A DNA stretch of 64,000 bases. It comes from Pseudomonadota bacterium. GTDB lineage: Bacteria > Myxococcota_A > Polyangia > Polyangiales > JAKSBK01. Position 1 is the first letter of the stretch. Every line of letters starts with the position of its first letter. Made by a program: the position numbers and the translations under genes. The notes under the pieces are model-generated. The model did no database searches, had not been told where the DNA came from, and saw only the letters and a program-made list of their open reading frames with translations. Positions 45,370 to 53,365 of the stretch are shown one piece after another. The stretch is taken from assembly GCA_022361155.1 (NCBI GenBank), contig JAKSBK010000095.1, forward strand, positions 27,462 through 91,461, read 5' to 3'.

Positions 45370-46443
45370 ATGGACGACCCGAAAAAAGAGGATAAAACGG
45401 GCGCTTCGAAGCATACGCAAGACGACGACCACAATCGCGACCCCATCGAGGCAGGGCGCGACCCCATCGAGGCAGAGATCGTGGAGAGCTCGACTGTCGA
45501 GCCGCTCCAGGCGGAGGTTGCCGGCGTCCCAGCCTCGGACGCTGACGAGACCAAATCGGCCGCTTCGAGCCTCGCCAGCCGGAACCTTGGAGGCGTGAGG
45601 CTTGCTCGCTACGACGCGCTCCAGGTCTATATGCGCGACGTGCAGCGCTACGCGCTGCTCGAGCCCGACGAGGAGCGGCGACTCGCTGCGCGCTATCGCA
45701 AGACGGGTGACGTGGACGCGGCCGCACAGCTGGTCACGGCCAATTTGCGGCTCGTGGTGAAGATCGCCTACGACTACCGTCGTGCCTATCGCAACCTGCT
45801 TGATTTGATACAGGAAGGCAACATCGGGCTCATGCAGGCGGTGAAGAAGTACGACCCTTATCGAGGCGTCAAGCTGTCAACCTACGCCGCCTGGTGGATT
45901 CGCGCCTACATCCTGCGATTCATCCTGAACAACGCCCGCCTGGTGAAGCTGGGGACGACCCAGGCGCAACGCAAGCTCTTCTTCAATCTCCGAAAGGAGA
46001 AGGCCAAGCTAAGCGCGTTAGGCATCGATGCGACACCCGAGGTCGTGGCCAAACGCTTGAAGGTGCCCACCGAGGAGGTCGTGCAGATGGACCGGCGGCT
46101 CGCCTCGGGCGATCTATCCCTCGATGCGCCCTCCGGCCGTGAGGGGTCGTCGAGCACGCGAGTAGAACTGCTTCCTGCAGAGTCCAAACGCATCGATGAG
46201 CTGCTCGCCGACGAGGAGTACGGTACGCTGCTCAAGAGCAGAATCCACCAGTTTGGCAACACCCTGTCCGGCAAGGAGGCCCGAATCTTCGATGAACGGC
46301 TGCTCGCCGAAACCCCACGGACCCTGGCCGAGCTGGGCAAGGAGTTTGGAGTAAGCAGAGAGCGAGTCCGGCAATTGGAGAAGCGTCTGCAGGGAAAGCT
46401 CAGAGCCTATTTGGATGACGAGCTACGCAGCGCGGCAACGTAG
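45370..46443 (+). CDS. RNA polymerase sigma factor, sigma-32 (RpoH) family
   Basis: Region 2 has LVKIAYDYRRAYRNLLDLIQEGNIGLMQAVKKYDP..STYAAWWIRA. RpoH-box-like QAQRKLFFNLRKEK. Region 4 has LAELGKEFGVSRERVRQLE. Acidic N-terminal extension. Confidence 0.9.
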   Translation: MDDPKKEDKTGASKHTQDDDHNRDPIEAGRDPIEAEIVESSTVEPLQAEVAGVPASDADETKSAASSLASRNLGGVRLARYDALQVYMRDVQRYALLEPDEERRLAARYRKTGDVDAAAQLVTANLRLVVKIAYDYRRAYRNLLDLIQEGNIGLMQAVKKYDPYRGVKLSTYAAWWIRAYILRFILNNARLVKLGTTQAQRKLFFNLRKEKAKLSALGIDATPEVVAKRLKVPTEEVVQMDRRLASGDLSLDAPSGREGSSSTRVELLPAESKRIDELLADEEYGTLLKSRIHQFGNTLSGKEARIFDERLLAETPRTLAELGKEFGVSRERVRQLEKRLQGKLRAYLDDELRSAAT

Positions 46444-46445
46444 CG

Positions 46446-47345
46446 GTGACCTCGGCCCAGTCGCGTTCCAGGAGAAAGGCCGTTCCTGCCGGACGGGGGC
46501 GTCTGTCCATCGTAGCGACACCCATCGGCAACCTCGAAGACATCACGCTACGCGCGCTAAGCGTCCTGCGTTCGGCGGACCTGATTCTTGCCGAAGATAC
46601 GCGTCGAACTCGAGCCCTGTGTGCGCGGCATCACATCGTGCGGCGCGTCCACAGCTTTCACGCCTACTCGGGAAGGCGCGAGCTCGAGCGACGGGTCGAG
46701 GATCTACGGGCGGGCGCGCACATCGCGCTGGTCAGCGACGCCGGGACCCCCTTGCTCAGCGACCCAGGCGCGGATTTGGTGCGGGCGGCGCACGAAACGG
46801 GTGCCAGGGTAGAGTCGCTGCCCGGCCCAAGCGCCATTACCTGCGCGCTGGCGGGAGCTGGGCTTGGAACCGACGATTTCCGCTTTGTTGGGTTCCTACC
46901 GCGCAAGGGTCGGGGCCGACGCCAACGGTTGGAGGAGATCGCTCGCGCTGACTACGCGACCGTGTTGTTCGAAGCACCGTCCCGGCTGGGCGCAACGCTG
47001 GACGAGCTCGCGAGGCTGTCACCGAGGCGCGCCGCCGCGGTGTGTCGTGAGCTCACGAAGATCCACGAGGAGTTTGTCCATGGCACGCTGACCGAGCTCG
47101 CAGCACACTTCGCCGGGAAGGCCCGCGGAGAGACCACCGTTGTCGTGGGGCCGGCACAGACGACCAGGGAAGCACGAATTGCCGAGGGACCCCTGCAAGC
47201 GCTCGTCAGCGATGCACTACAGCAAGGTCAGAGCCCGCGGGACGCTGCGCGTTGGGTCGCACGCAGCGCGGCTGTGGGCAGGCGCGATGCGTACGCGCGC
47301 GTACTGGCCGAGTTGAGGCGGCGCACGCGAAACTCCCAGCTATAG
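46446..47345 (+). CDS. rsmI: 16S rRNA (cytidine1402-2'-O)-methyltransferase
   Basis: LSIVATPIGNLEDITLRALSVLRSADLILAEDTR, SDAGTPLLSDPG, and the tetrapyrrole-methylase fold. Confidence 0.92.
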   Translation: MTSAQSRSRRKAVPAGRGRLSIVATPIGNLEDITLRALSVLRSADLILAEDTRRTRALCARHHIVRRVHSFHAYSGRRELERRVEDLRAGAHIALVSDAGTPLLSDPGADLVRAAHETGARVESLPGPSAITCALAGAGLGTDDFRFVGFLPRKGRGRRQRLEEIARADYATVLFEAPSRLGATLDELARLSPRRAAAVCRELTKIHEEFVHGTLTELAAHFAGKARGETTVVVGPAQTTREARIAEGPLQALVSDALQQGQSPRDAARWVARSAAVGRRDAYARVLAELRRRTRNSQL

Positions 47346-47366
47346 CTAGCTTTGGCCGAGCTAGCT
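47344..47366. terminator. hairpin formed by two self-complementary AGCTAGCT octamers
   Basis: AGCTAGCT (47344-47351), a 7-nt spacer, then AGCTAGCT (47359-47366), in the 30-nt gap between convergent genes. Confidence 0.35.
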
Positions 47367-47375
47367 GAGCCAGAG

Positions 47376-48731
47376 CTAGAAATGCCCTGTTGCGTGCGTG
47401 TAGACCTCGACGAGAACCTGCCCCTCGAGCCGAAAGCGCTGCCCTGGTTGGTCGATCACGGCCCTGTGCTGCGGATTCGGGGTGCCTGCACCGCATGCGA
47501 GACTGCCGGTCGCTGCGATCGTGTTGTCGAAACAACGGTTGCCGCCCGTGATCCAATGCGGCGTATCGCGAGCCAGCCGAACACCGGCGGTGAATCCCAC
47601 GTAGCGTGCCGCGCGAATGACTACACCGGCCTGAGCTGCCATACGCGCGTACGAGTCGGTATCTGTGAGGCCGGCGAAGCGCGGCATCGGACCGGGGGTA
47701 GGATCACGGGCGGTAGGATCCATCAGCGTGAGAAAGGGACTGCTCGAGGTGCCTAGTGCATCAAACAGGGGGCCATAGTCGCGGCCGCGAGACAAGCGGC
47801 TGCACAGCAATCGAAGGTCCACGGTAACTCGCTGGAAGCGGGCACGGCTCTCCCAGGGTACGATTGCGACGCCCACAACCGCTTCGACGCTGCGTGGAGG
47901 GCGGGTCAGTGCCCCGCGCGGCAGCCCCTGGCCAACACCAAACACGGCACGGTTGGCGACCGGCCATTCCGCCTGAAACGCTACTCCAGCCAAGGGCTCC
48001 AGGTAACGGTAACGGCGCGACGTTCGCGTCTCGAAGCGCAAGGCATGGGTACCACGGCTGACTGCCCGCGCCTTTCCGGCGCGCATGGGTTCACCCAGCC
48101 CGAAGCGCCCCTCCACCATCGCCACCCAATTGGGAAGGCCTGGACGGCGGAACTGGTTCGTCAGGCCCCAGGCAAGTCCGAACCCCACCCAATCGAAACC
48201 CGAACGCGCTGGTCCCTGGTAGTGAGCTCGGTCCCCGAGAGCAAACAAGCGATCGTATTGCAGACGGTCCCGGGGCGCGGGCGGCCTGCTATAGAACGAG
48301 CTGGGGACGGGCGCGAGCAACGCGCTATCGATCTCGCTCGCAGTGCGTCCTGCGGGGACACGAAGCAGCCTTTCGTCGCTTAGTACCAAAGGGAGGGTCG
48401 AGTAGAGCATGAGATCCCGATAGAGGCCCACCCTAAGCCCCACGACGAGGTTGTTGGTGCTGTGGACGTGGTCAAGCATATGAATGTGGTGCGCTCGGCC
48501 GGCTGGCGAGCCTGCCCCTTCGCGTACGACCCGGCCGGCCACACGCCGTCGAACGAAGCCTATCCGCACGTCCATGTCGAACCCCTTCTGTTCGTCAAAC
48601 GCGTCGATGACGTCCGTGTAGCTGGCGGGTTCTGCCATCAGGCGCACCTCGTTCTGCTGGGCGTTGACAGATTCAGCACCCAGGCCGAACAACGCGAGGG
48701 CGAAGGGCAACCTCGAGCTGCACCCGTTCAC
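47376..48731 (-). CDS. secreted hypothetical protein (outer-membrane-like composition)
   Basis: GTG start and signal peptide NGCSSRLPFALALFGLGAESVNAQQ. Rich in Arg/Gly/aromatic alternating segments. Ends in an aromatic residue (...VYTHATGHF). Confidence 0.65.
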   Translation of the reverse strand: MNGCSSRLPFALALFGLGAESVNAQQNEVRLMAEPASYTDVIDAFDEQKGFDMDVRIGFVRRRVAGRVVREGAGSPAGRAHHIHMLDHVHSTNNLVVGLRVGLYRDLMLYSTLPLVLSDERLLRVPAGRTASEIDSALLAPVPSSFYSRPPAPRDRLQYDRLFALGDRAHYQGPARSGFDWVGFGLAWGLTNQFRRPGLPNWVAMVEGRFGLGEPMRAGKARAVSRGTHALRFETRTSRRYRYLEPLAGVAFQAEWPVANRAVFGVGQGLPRGALTRPPRSVEAVVGVAIVPWESRARFQRVTVDLRLLCSRLSRGRDYGPLFDALGTSSSPFLTLMDPTARDPTPGPMPRFAGLTDTDSYARMAAQAGVVIRAARYVGFTAGVRLARDTPHWITGGNRCFDNTIAATGSLACGAGTPNPQHRAVIDQPGQRFRLEGQVLVEVYTHATGHF

Positions 48732-48898
48732 ACTAGTCCTTCAACCGCGTGACCTCGATCGCCCTCACGGCCGGTCTGGCGCCGTCTTCCGCGTCCTCCT
48801 CCTTGAAATGGGACCTGCCATTCCTGTGTCGTCGTCCTTGCATCCGGCACCAGCTCCACCGCGATCATCGATCAATGTCACGCGTTTGAAGGACTAGT
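48732..48898 (-). promoter_or_regulatory. long-range 20-nt inverted repeat (19/20) bracketing the intercistronic spacer
   Basis: The arms are 48732-48751 (actagtccttcaaccgcgtg) and 48879-48898 (cacgcgtttgaaggactagt). The upstream arm contains the PP2C stop codon. The downstream arm contains the GAAGGA Shine-Dalgarno 5 nt before GTG 48731. Confidence 0.5.
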
Positions 48899-50180
48899 CC
48901 TGTACGGCCTCGCTCACGAGCGGATCCACTTCTTCCATGGACAGTCTTCCCCGCGCGTCGCCCAGCTCCTTCGAGGTACTGCGCAGACGCTTTGCAAGGA
49001 CACCCAGAAAGCTCCACAGCAGTTTCACAGCAACGTCGTGGTCCTCCCTCACGATGTCGAAGAACTGCTTGCGACGCAGCACGATGAGCTTGGACTCCAA
49101 GATGCTCGTAACGCTCGCGCTGCGAGGTGCCCTGTCGATCAGCGCCATTTCTCCAAAATGCTGGCCAGCACCAAGAACCACGATCTCGTTGTCTCCCGAG
49201 TGCACACGAACCTCACCCGAGAGCACGATGTAGAGCTCTTCACCGTCGTCGCCCTCCTTGACGATGACCTCGTCGGGTCCGAAGCACTTGCTTTCGGTAA
49301 AACCCATCACCCGTACGAGCTCCTGATAGGTCAGGTAGCGGAAGACCGGCATCTTGTGCAGGACCTCCAACTTGAGATTGACCTCTCGAGCAAGCGGATC
49401 CGGGCCAGCTTCCTCGGGCGCCTCGAGCACGATCGCGCTAACGTGGTCGGCACCTCCTCGCTGTCGAACCGCATTGATGAAGAGCTGGGCGACTTGATCG
49501 GACGGGCCTTCCTCGAAGGTCTTGCGAATGTCGCTTGGCTCGAGATGCCCACTCAAGGCATCCGTGCACATTAGAAGACGATCGCCCGGCAGCAGGTCGA
49601 GATCGAACGTGTCCGCCTCGACGCTTTGGTGAAAGCCCACGGCTCGCGTAACGACGTTCTTGTATTCCAGCTTCTCGGCCTGTCGCTGCGTCAATCGGCC
49701 ACGCTTGAGCAGCTCGTTTATCAGAAGATGGTCTTCCGTGAGCTGGTGCACCGAACCCTCGCGGACGAGGTACACTCGCGAGTTGCCCACATGCGCCAGG
49801 TAGCCCCGCGAGCCAACGACCAGCAGCGCGTCCAGCGTCGTGCCGGCGCCCCGCTTCGAGGGCTCGGCTTCGGCCCGGGCAAACACGGCCGCGCACGCCT
49901 GCTGCAATGCCTTTTCCATCAGGCGCAGCAAGTCTTCGCGGGCCCTTGGCGACAGCCCGTTCTTCACGCCGTCGATGACCGCGGTTTCGGCGAGCAGGAC
50001 TTGGCGAAAAGTTTGTACCGCCAAACCGCTCGCTTCCGCGCTCGCCTCGTGCGATCCGACGCCGTCAGCCACCAGAAACAAGCCGAGGTCGCCATCCACA
50101 AGCACGCTGTCCGCGCCAGCACGTGAGGCGTTGCCGGAGTCGGCCGAGGACCAGAAACGCAGGGCCTTTCCTTCACTCAT
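48894..50180 (-). CDS. PP2C-family Ser/Thr phosphatase fused to a cyclic-nucleotide-binding domain
   Basis: The PP2C part has LFLVADGVGSH, TTLDALLV, and LLMCTDAL. The cNMP-binding part has GDDGEELYIVLSGEV...FGEMALIDRAPRSASV. Confidence 0.9.
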   Translation of the reverse strand: MSEGKALRFWSSADSGNASRAGADSVLVDGDLGLFLVADGVGSHEASAEASGLAVQTFRQVLLAETAVIDGVKNGLSPRAREDLLRLMEKALQQACAAVFARAEAEPSKRGAGTTLDALLVVGSRGYLAHVGNSRVYLVREGSVHQLTEDHLLINELLKRGRLTQRQAEKLEYKNVVTRAVGFHQSVEADTFDLDLLPGDRLLMCTDALSGHLEPSDIRKTFEEGPSDQVAQLFINAVRQRGGADHVSAIVLEAPEEAGPDPLAREVNLKLEVLHKMPVFRYLTYQELVRVMGFTESKCFGPDEVIVKEGDDGEELYIVLSGEVRVHSGDNEIVVLGAGQHFGEMALIDRAPRSASVTSILESKLIVLRRKQFFDIVREDHDVAVKLLWSFLGVLAKRLRSTSKELGDARGRLSMEEVDPLVSEAVQD

Positions 50181-50235
50181 GGCGTGATTTAACTATGCCC
50201 GCCGGGCACGCGTCAATATCGACCGGCCGGAGCAG

Positions 50236-51180
50236 CTACCGGTTTGGGCCCATACGCCGGCCCCAACGGCGCGAGCGCAGGCCCAGCCAAACGACCGGCA
50301 ACACCCACAGCAACCCAGCCGGCGGGCGCCCGCCCGCACCGGGGGGACCGCTTAGGCTGCAAAGCGGTGCGAAGAAACTCCCCGACAGGGGATCGAAGCA
50401 TGTCCGCAACTCGTTGCCTGACAGGTTGCCCATACCATCGACCGCGACGATCGCCACGCACACCGGGCTGCCAAGCTCGTCGGGCCCAAGGACGAATCCG
50501 GTGTTCACGCTGCCGCCGGCAAGGTGACGTTCCCTCCTGCGGAGCACCGGCGCCTGCAGGTCCTCGGCGTTCGTCAGAAAGACCAGATACTCCAGGCTAC
50601 CCTCGGATCCCGAAGTCACCGCGGGCGGAAAGATCAGCGAAACAAGCCGGCTGCCGTCCGGTCCACCACAACTTGCAGCGGGATCGGTGGACACCTCCAG
50701 AGGTCTGGCTCCAGGGGGAAACATGGGGGGATCGACGCCCAACGTCTCACCCGTCTTGAAGCAGGTCTGAGCTCTCGCGAGCGTGCTGGGCGAACCCTGG
50801 GCCGTGACGACGTCGGCCCAGTACCAGGTACTGTTCCTGAAGCTGCGATCAGGCGTGAAGGCCAGCGTATGGGAGTCGAGTTGCCGGAGGGCTCCCGCGA
50901 TGCGGCGGACCGCGTCCTTCGGCGTACAGGTCGTGGCGTCGAGCTCGAGCAGCGTAAAGGGGTTGGCGTTGAGCTTCGATACCTCGATCGAGTGGCGAAA
51001 GCGCATTATGATGTGCGCGTCGAGCGTCACTCCCTGGGCGCCGCTGGCCGGAATCCACTCGACGCGCTGCTGGGACGCCGGCATAGCGCCGCAGCCCACG
51101 TCCTGGCCATGGGCCGTCCCCTGCATTGCCAGCGCGGCCCATGCGGCCACAGCGATCAACGCCGGCGTGCGAGCAGACAT
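50236..51180 (-). CDS. secreted protein with MYXO-CTERM-like C-terminal sorting signal
   Basis: Signal peptide MSARTPALIAVAAWAALAMQGTAHG. The C-terminus is Cys-containing (LCSLSGPPGAGG), then a hydrophobic helix (LLWVLPVVWLGL), then RSRRW. Start at ATG 51180. Confidence 0.75.
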   Translation of the reverse strand: MSARTPALIAVAAWAALAMQGTAHGQDVGCGAMPASQQRVEWIPASGAQGVTLDAHIIMRFRHSIEVSKLNANPFTLLELDATTCTPKDAVRRIAGALRQLDSHTLAFTPDRSFRNSTWYWADVVTAQGSPSTLARAQTCFKTGETLGVDPPMFPPGARPLEVSTDPAASCGGPDGSRLVSLIFPPAVTSGSEGSLEYLVFLTNAEDLQAPVLRRRERHLAGGSVNTGFVLGPDELGSPVCVAIVAVDGMGNLSGNELRTCFDPLSGSFFAPLCSLSGPPGAGGRPPAGLLWVLPVVWLGLRSRRWGRRMGPNR

Positions 51181-51248
51181 GACTTGCCAGTATAGCCGGA
51201 GCGGCATGCATCGGCAGCGTCCACGCCGACATGCTATGAAACGCTGCC

Positions 51249-51740
51249 GTGAGTGAGCATCACGATATACCGTTCGCCCCCACCCATGGCGAGGCTGACT
51301 ACTTCGCACGGCAGGCTAGCGAAGGCGTAGCCCTTGCAGCGACGGTGGCCGGTGATCCCGGCGCCGGCCTCGCGGCTGCGGGCTTGTCGCCGGCCTTGCG
51401 TGAGGTCGCGTGCGCTGTCGCCCGAGAGCTTTCGCTGCTGAATCAGATGGGTCGCAGGCAGGAAGTAGCCCGCCTCGCCCATAGCTACGCCGGGCCACTG
51501 TCGCTGACCGACGCCGCACGACTCGGCGGGTTGCCGCACCGGGCACGGGCCCTTGTACGCAGCCAGCGGCTCATCGCGGGGGCGGCCGAGGAGCCCTCGG
51601 ACGTGCCTGGCCGCCCTGCGCTGCGCGAGGGCTTCGCGGCGGACCCCGGTCTTCGCAGCGCCCTTCGACGCGCTCTGGAGATGCCGCTTCAACCCGACGG
51701 CCCTCCTGCGCGAGGGGAAGCATTGAGCAGGGTCGATTGA
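51249..51740 (+). CDS. hypothetical protein, translationally coupled to the SctL/FliH-like gene
   Basis: 163-codon Ala/Arg-rich ORF with a GTG start. Its stop overlaps the next start by 4 nt. Confidence 0.45.
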   Translation: MSEHHDIPFAPTHGEADYFARQASEGVALAATVAGDPGAGLAAAGLSPALREVACAVARELSLLNQMGRRQEVARLAHSYAGPLSLTDAARLGGLPHRARALVRSQRLIAGAAEEPSDVPGRPALREGFAADPGLRSALRRALEMPLQPDGPPARGEALSRVD

Positions 51741-52324
51741 GCAGGATCATACGTGCGAGGCCTCAGGCGGGGACGCCTTCGGACCGAGCCGAACCTCGGG
51801 CACCGGATGGGCCCAACGAGCTGCGGGCGCTGCTGGAGTCGATGCACTACCGCAGCGCTCTCGTAGACGGCGCACGCGAGGAGCTGATCGAGCTCGCGAC
51901 CGAACTGGCGCGGCTTGTGATCGGCAACGAGCCGAGCACCCGACCCGATGTGATTGCACGCTGGGCAAGCGACCTGCTTGACCGCACCCGCAGAGCACGC
52001 ACGGCTGTTTTGACGGTCAACCCACGGGACGAACCCTCGGCACGGCAGGCCCTCGAACAGCTCGAGGCGACACGTCCATGGCTGCAGTCGCTCAGCGTGC
52101 GGGCGGATCCCGAGGTGGGCCGTGGGGGTTGCGTTGTCCATACGGACCTCGGCCGGCTCGATGCGCGCGTGGAGGTAAGGCTCGCTGCCCTGGCCGGTGC
52201 TCTGACCTCTGTCACCGGGGATTGCACACGGCTCCCAGCGCGCCCGCGACAACCCAGCGACCACAGGCTAAACACGAGCGGTGAGCGAGAACCGGATTCG
52301 GAGCCCCCACACACGGTCACCTGA
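51737..52324 (+). CDS. FliH/SctL (YscL/HrpE)-family protein
   Basis: The C-terminal block LTVNPRDEPSARQALEQL...SVRADPEVGRGGCVVHTDLGRLDARVEVRLAAL follows the FliH/SctL signature (ADP..GGC..ET..G..DA....L). Confidence 0.65.
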   Translation: MSRIIRARPQAGTPSDRAEPRAPDGPNELRALLESMHYRSALVDGAREELIELATELARLVIGNEPSTRPDVIARWASDLLDRTRRARTAVLTVNPRDEPSARQALEQLEATRPWLQSLSVRADPEVGRGGCVVHTDLGRLDARVEVRLAALAGALTSVTGDCTRLPARPRQPSDHRLNTSGEREPDSEPPHTVT

Positions 52325-53279
52325 AGCGGCAGGCTCTGGCGCCGGCGCCGGGCGGGCCGGTCCGCGCTGGGGATTGGCGCTTGTCCTTTTTGCAATGACC
52401 CTGGTATCCACCACGTACGTGGGCGCGGCGGCGATGGCGGGCGAGGACCCGCTGGCGGGTGGGCGCTGGTCCGCCGGCTTCGCCTTCTCGATCCCTCTGA
52501 TGACGATCTTGCTGTCGCACGAGCTGGGTCACTTCTTCGCGGGCCGCTACCACGGGATCGACGTGTCCGCGCCCTATTTCATTCCGATGCCGGTTTTTCT
52601 GCTCGGCACCATGGGCGCCGTCATCGTCATCCGCGGCCCGATTCGTACACGCAACGCGCTGCTGGATGTCGGAGCGTCGGGACCGCTGATCGGGCTGCTC
52701 GTGGCGCTGCCCGTGCTGGTGTACGGACTGCTGGAATCGCCGGTACAGCCTATCCCGGACGCTCCGGTGCTGATCGAAGGCCGCTCCATACTCTACGTGG
52801 CGCTGCTCTATCTCACCAAGGGCCCGATAGCCGATGGCTACGACGTGTTTCTGACTCCGACCGCGCTGGCGGGATGGGCCGGGCTATGGGTCACCATGCT
52901 CAATCTGATTCCGGTGGGACAGCTGGATGGAGGGCACGTCGCGTACGCGCTGTTCGGTGAACGGCAGCAATCGCTGTCGCGGCGCTTTCGCGCGGCGCTG
53001 CCGTGGCTGGCCGCGGGCGTGGGGTTGGCGTACGCGGCGAGCGCGTATGCTCGAGGCAAACAGGGCGATGCGCTCGTAGGAGAATTGCAGGCCGGTTTGC
53101 CATGGCTCGTATGGTGGGTCGTGCTCGGCCTCATGCGTAGAATGTCACCCGAGGAGCACCCACCAACCGATGCGGGGCCCTTATCGGCACCTCGCAAGGT
53201 GGTCGCGCAGGTCACACTCGGCCTCTTTCTCCTGCTGTTCATGCCGGCCTGGCTCCGAGTGAGCTCGGGTGCGCCGTAG
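52281..53279 (+). CDS. site-2 protease family (peptidase M50) intramembrane metalloprotease
   Basis: HELGHFFAGRYHG (HExxH in a TM helix) and NLIPVGQLDGGHV (second zinc-ligand motif). Multiple TM helices. It overlaps the preceding gene by 44 nt if GTG 52281 is used. Confidence 0.88.
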   Translation: MSENRIRSPHTRSPEAAGSGAGAGRAGPRWGLALVLFAMTLVSTTYVGAAAMAGEDPLAGGRWSAGFAFSIPLMTILLSHELGHFFAGRYHGIDVSAPYFIPMPVFLLGTMGAVIVIRGPIRTRNALLDVGASGPLIGLLVALPVLVYGLLESPVQPIPDAPVLIEGRSILYVALLYLTKGPIADGYDVFLTPTALAGWAGLWVTMLNLIPVGQLDGGHVAYALFGERQQSLSRRFRAALPWLAAGVGLAYAASAYARGKQGDALVGELQAGLPWLVWWVVLGLMRRMSPEEHPPTDAGPLSAPRKVVAQVTLGLFLLLFMPAWLRVSSGAP

Positions 53280-53365
53280 GGCCGTTGGGGCGGCCACGCG
53301 GCTCGGGTTGCTCGCCGCGTCGAATTCTCGGCTCCCTGCCTCCAAACTGGTAGGTTGCAAGCCTA

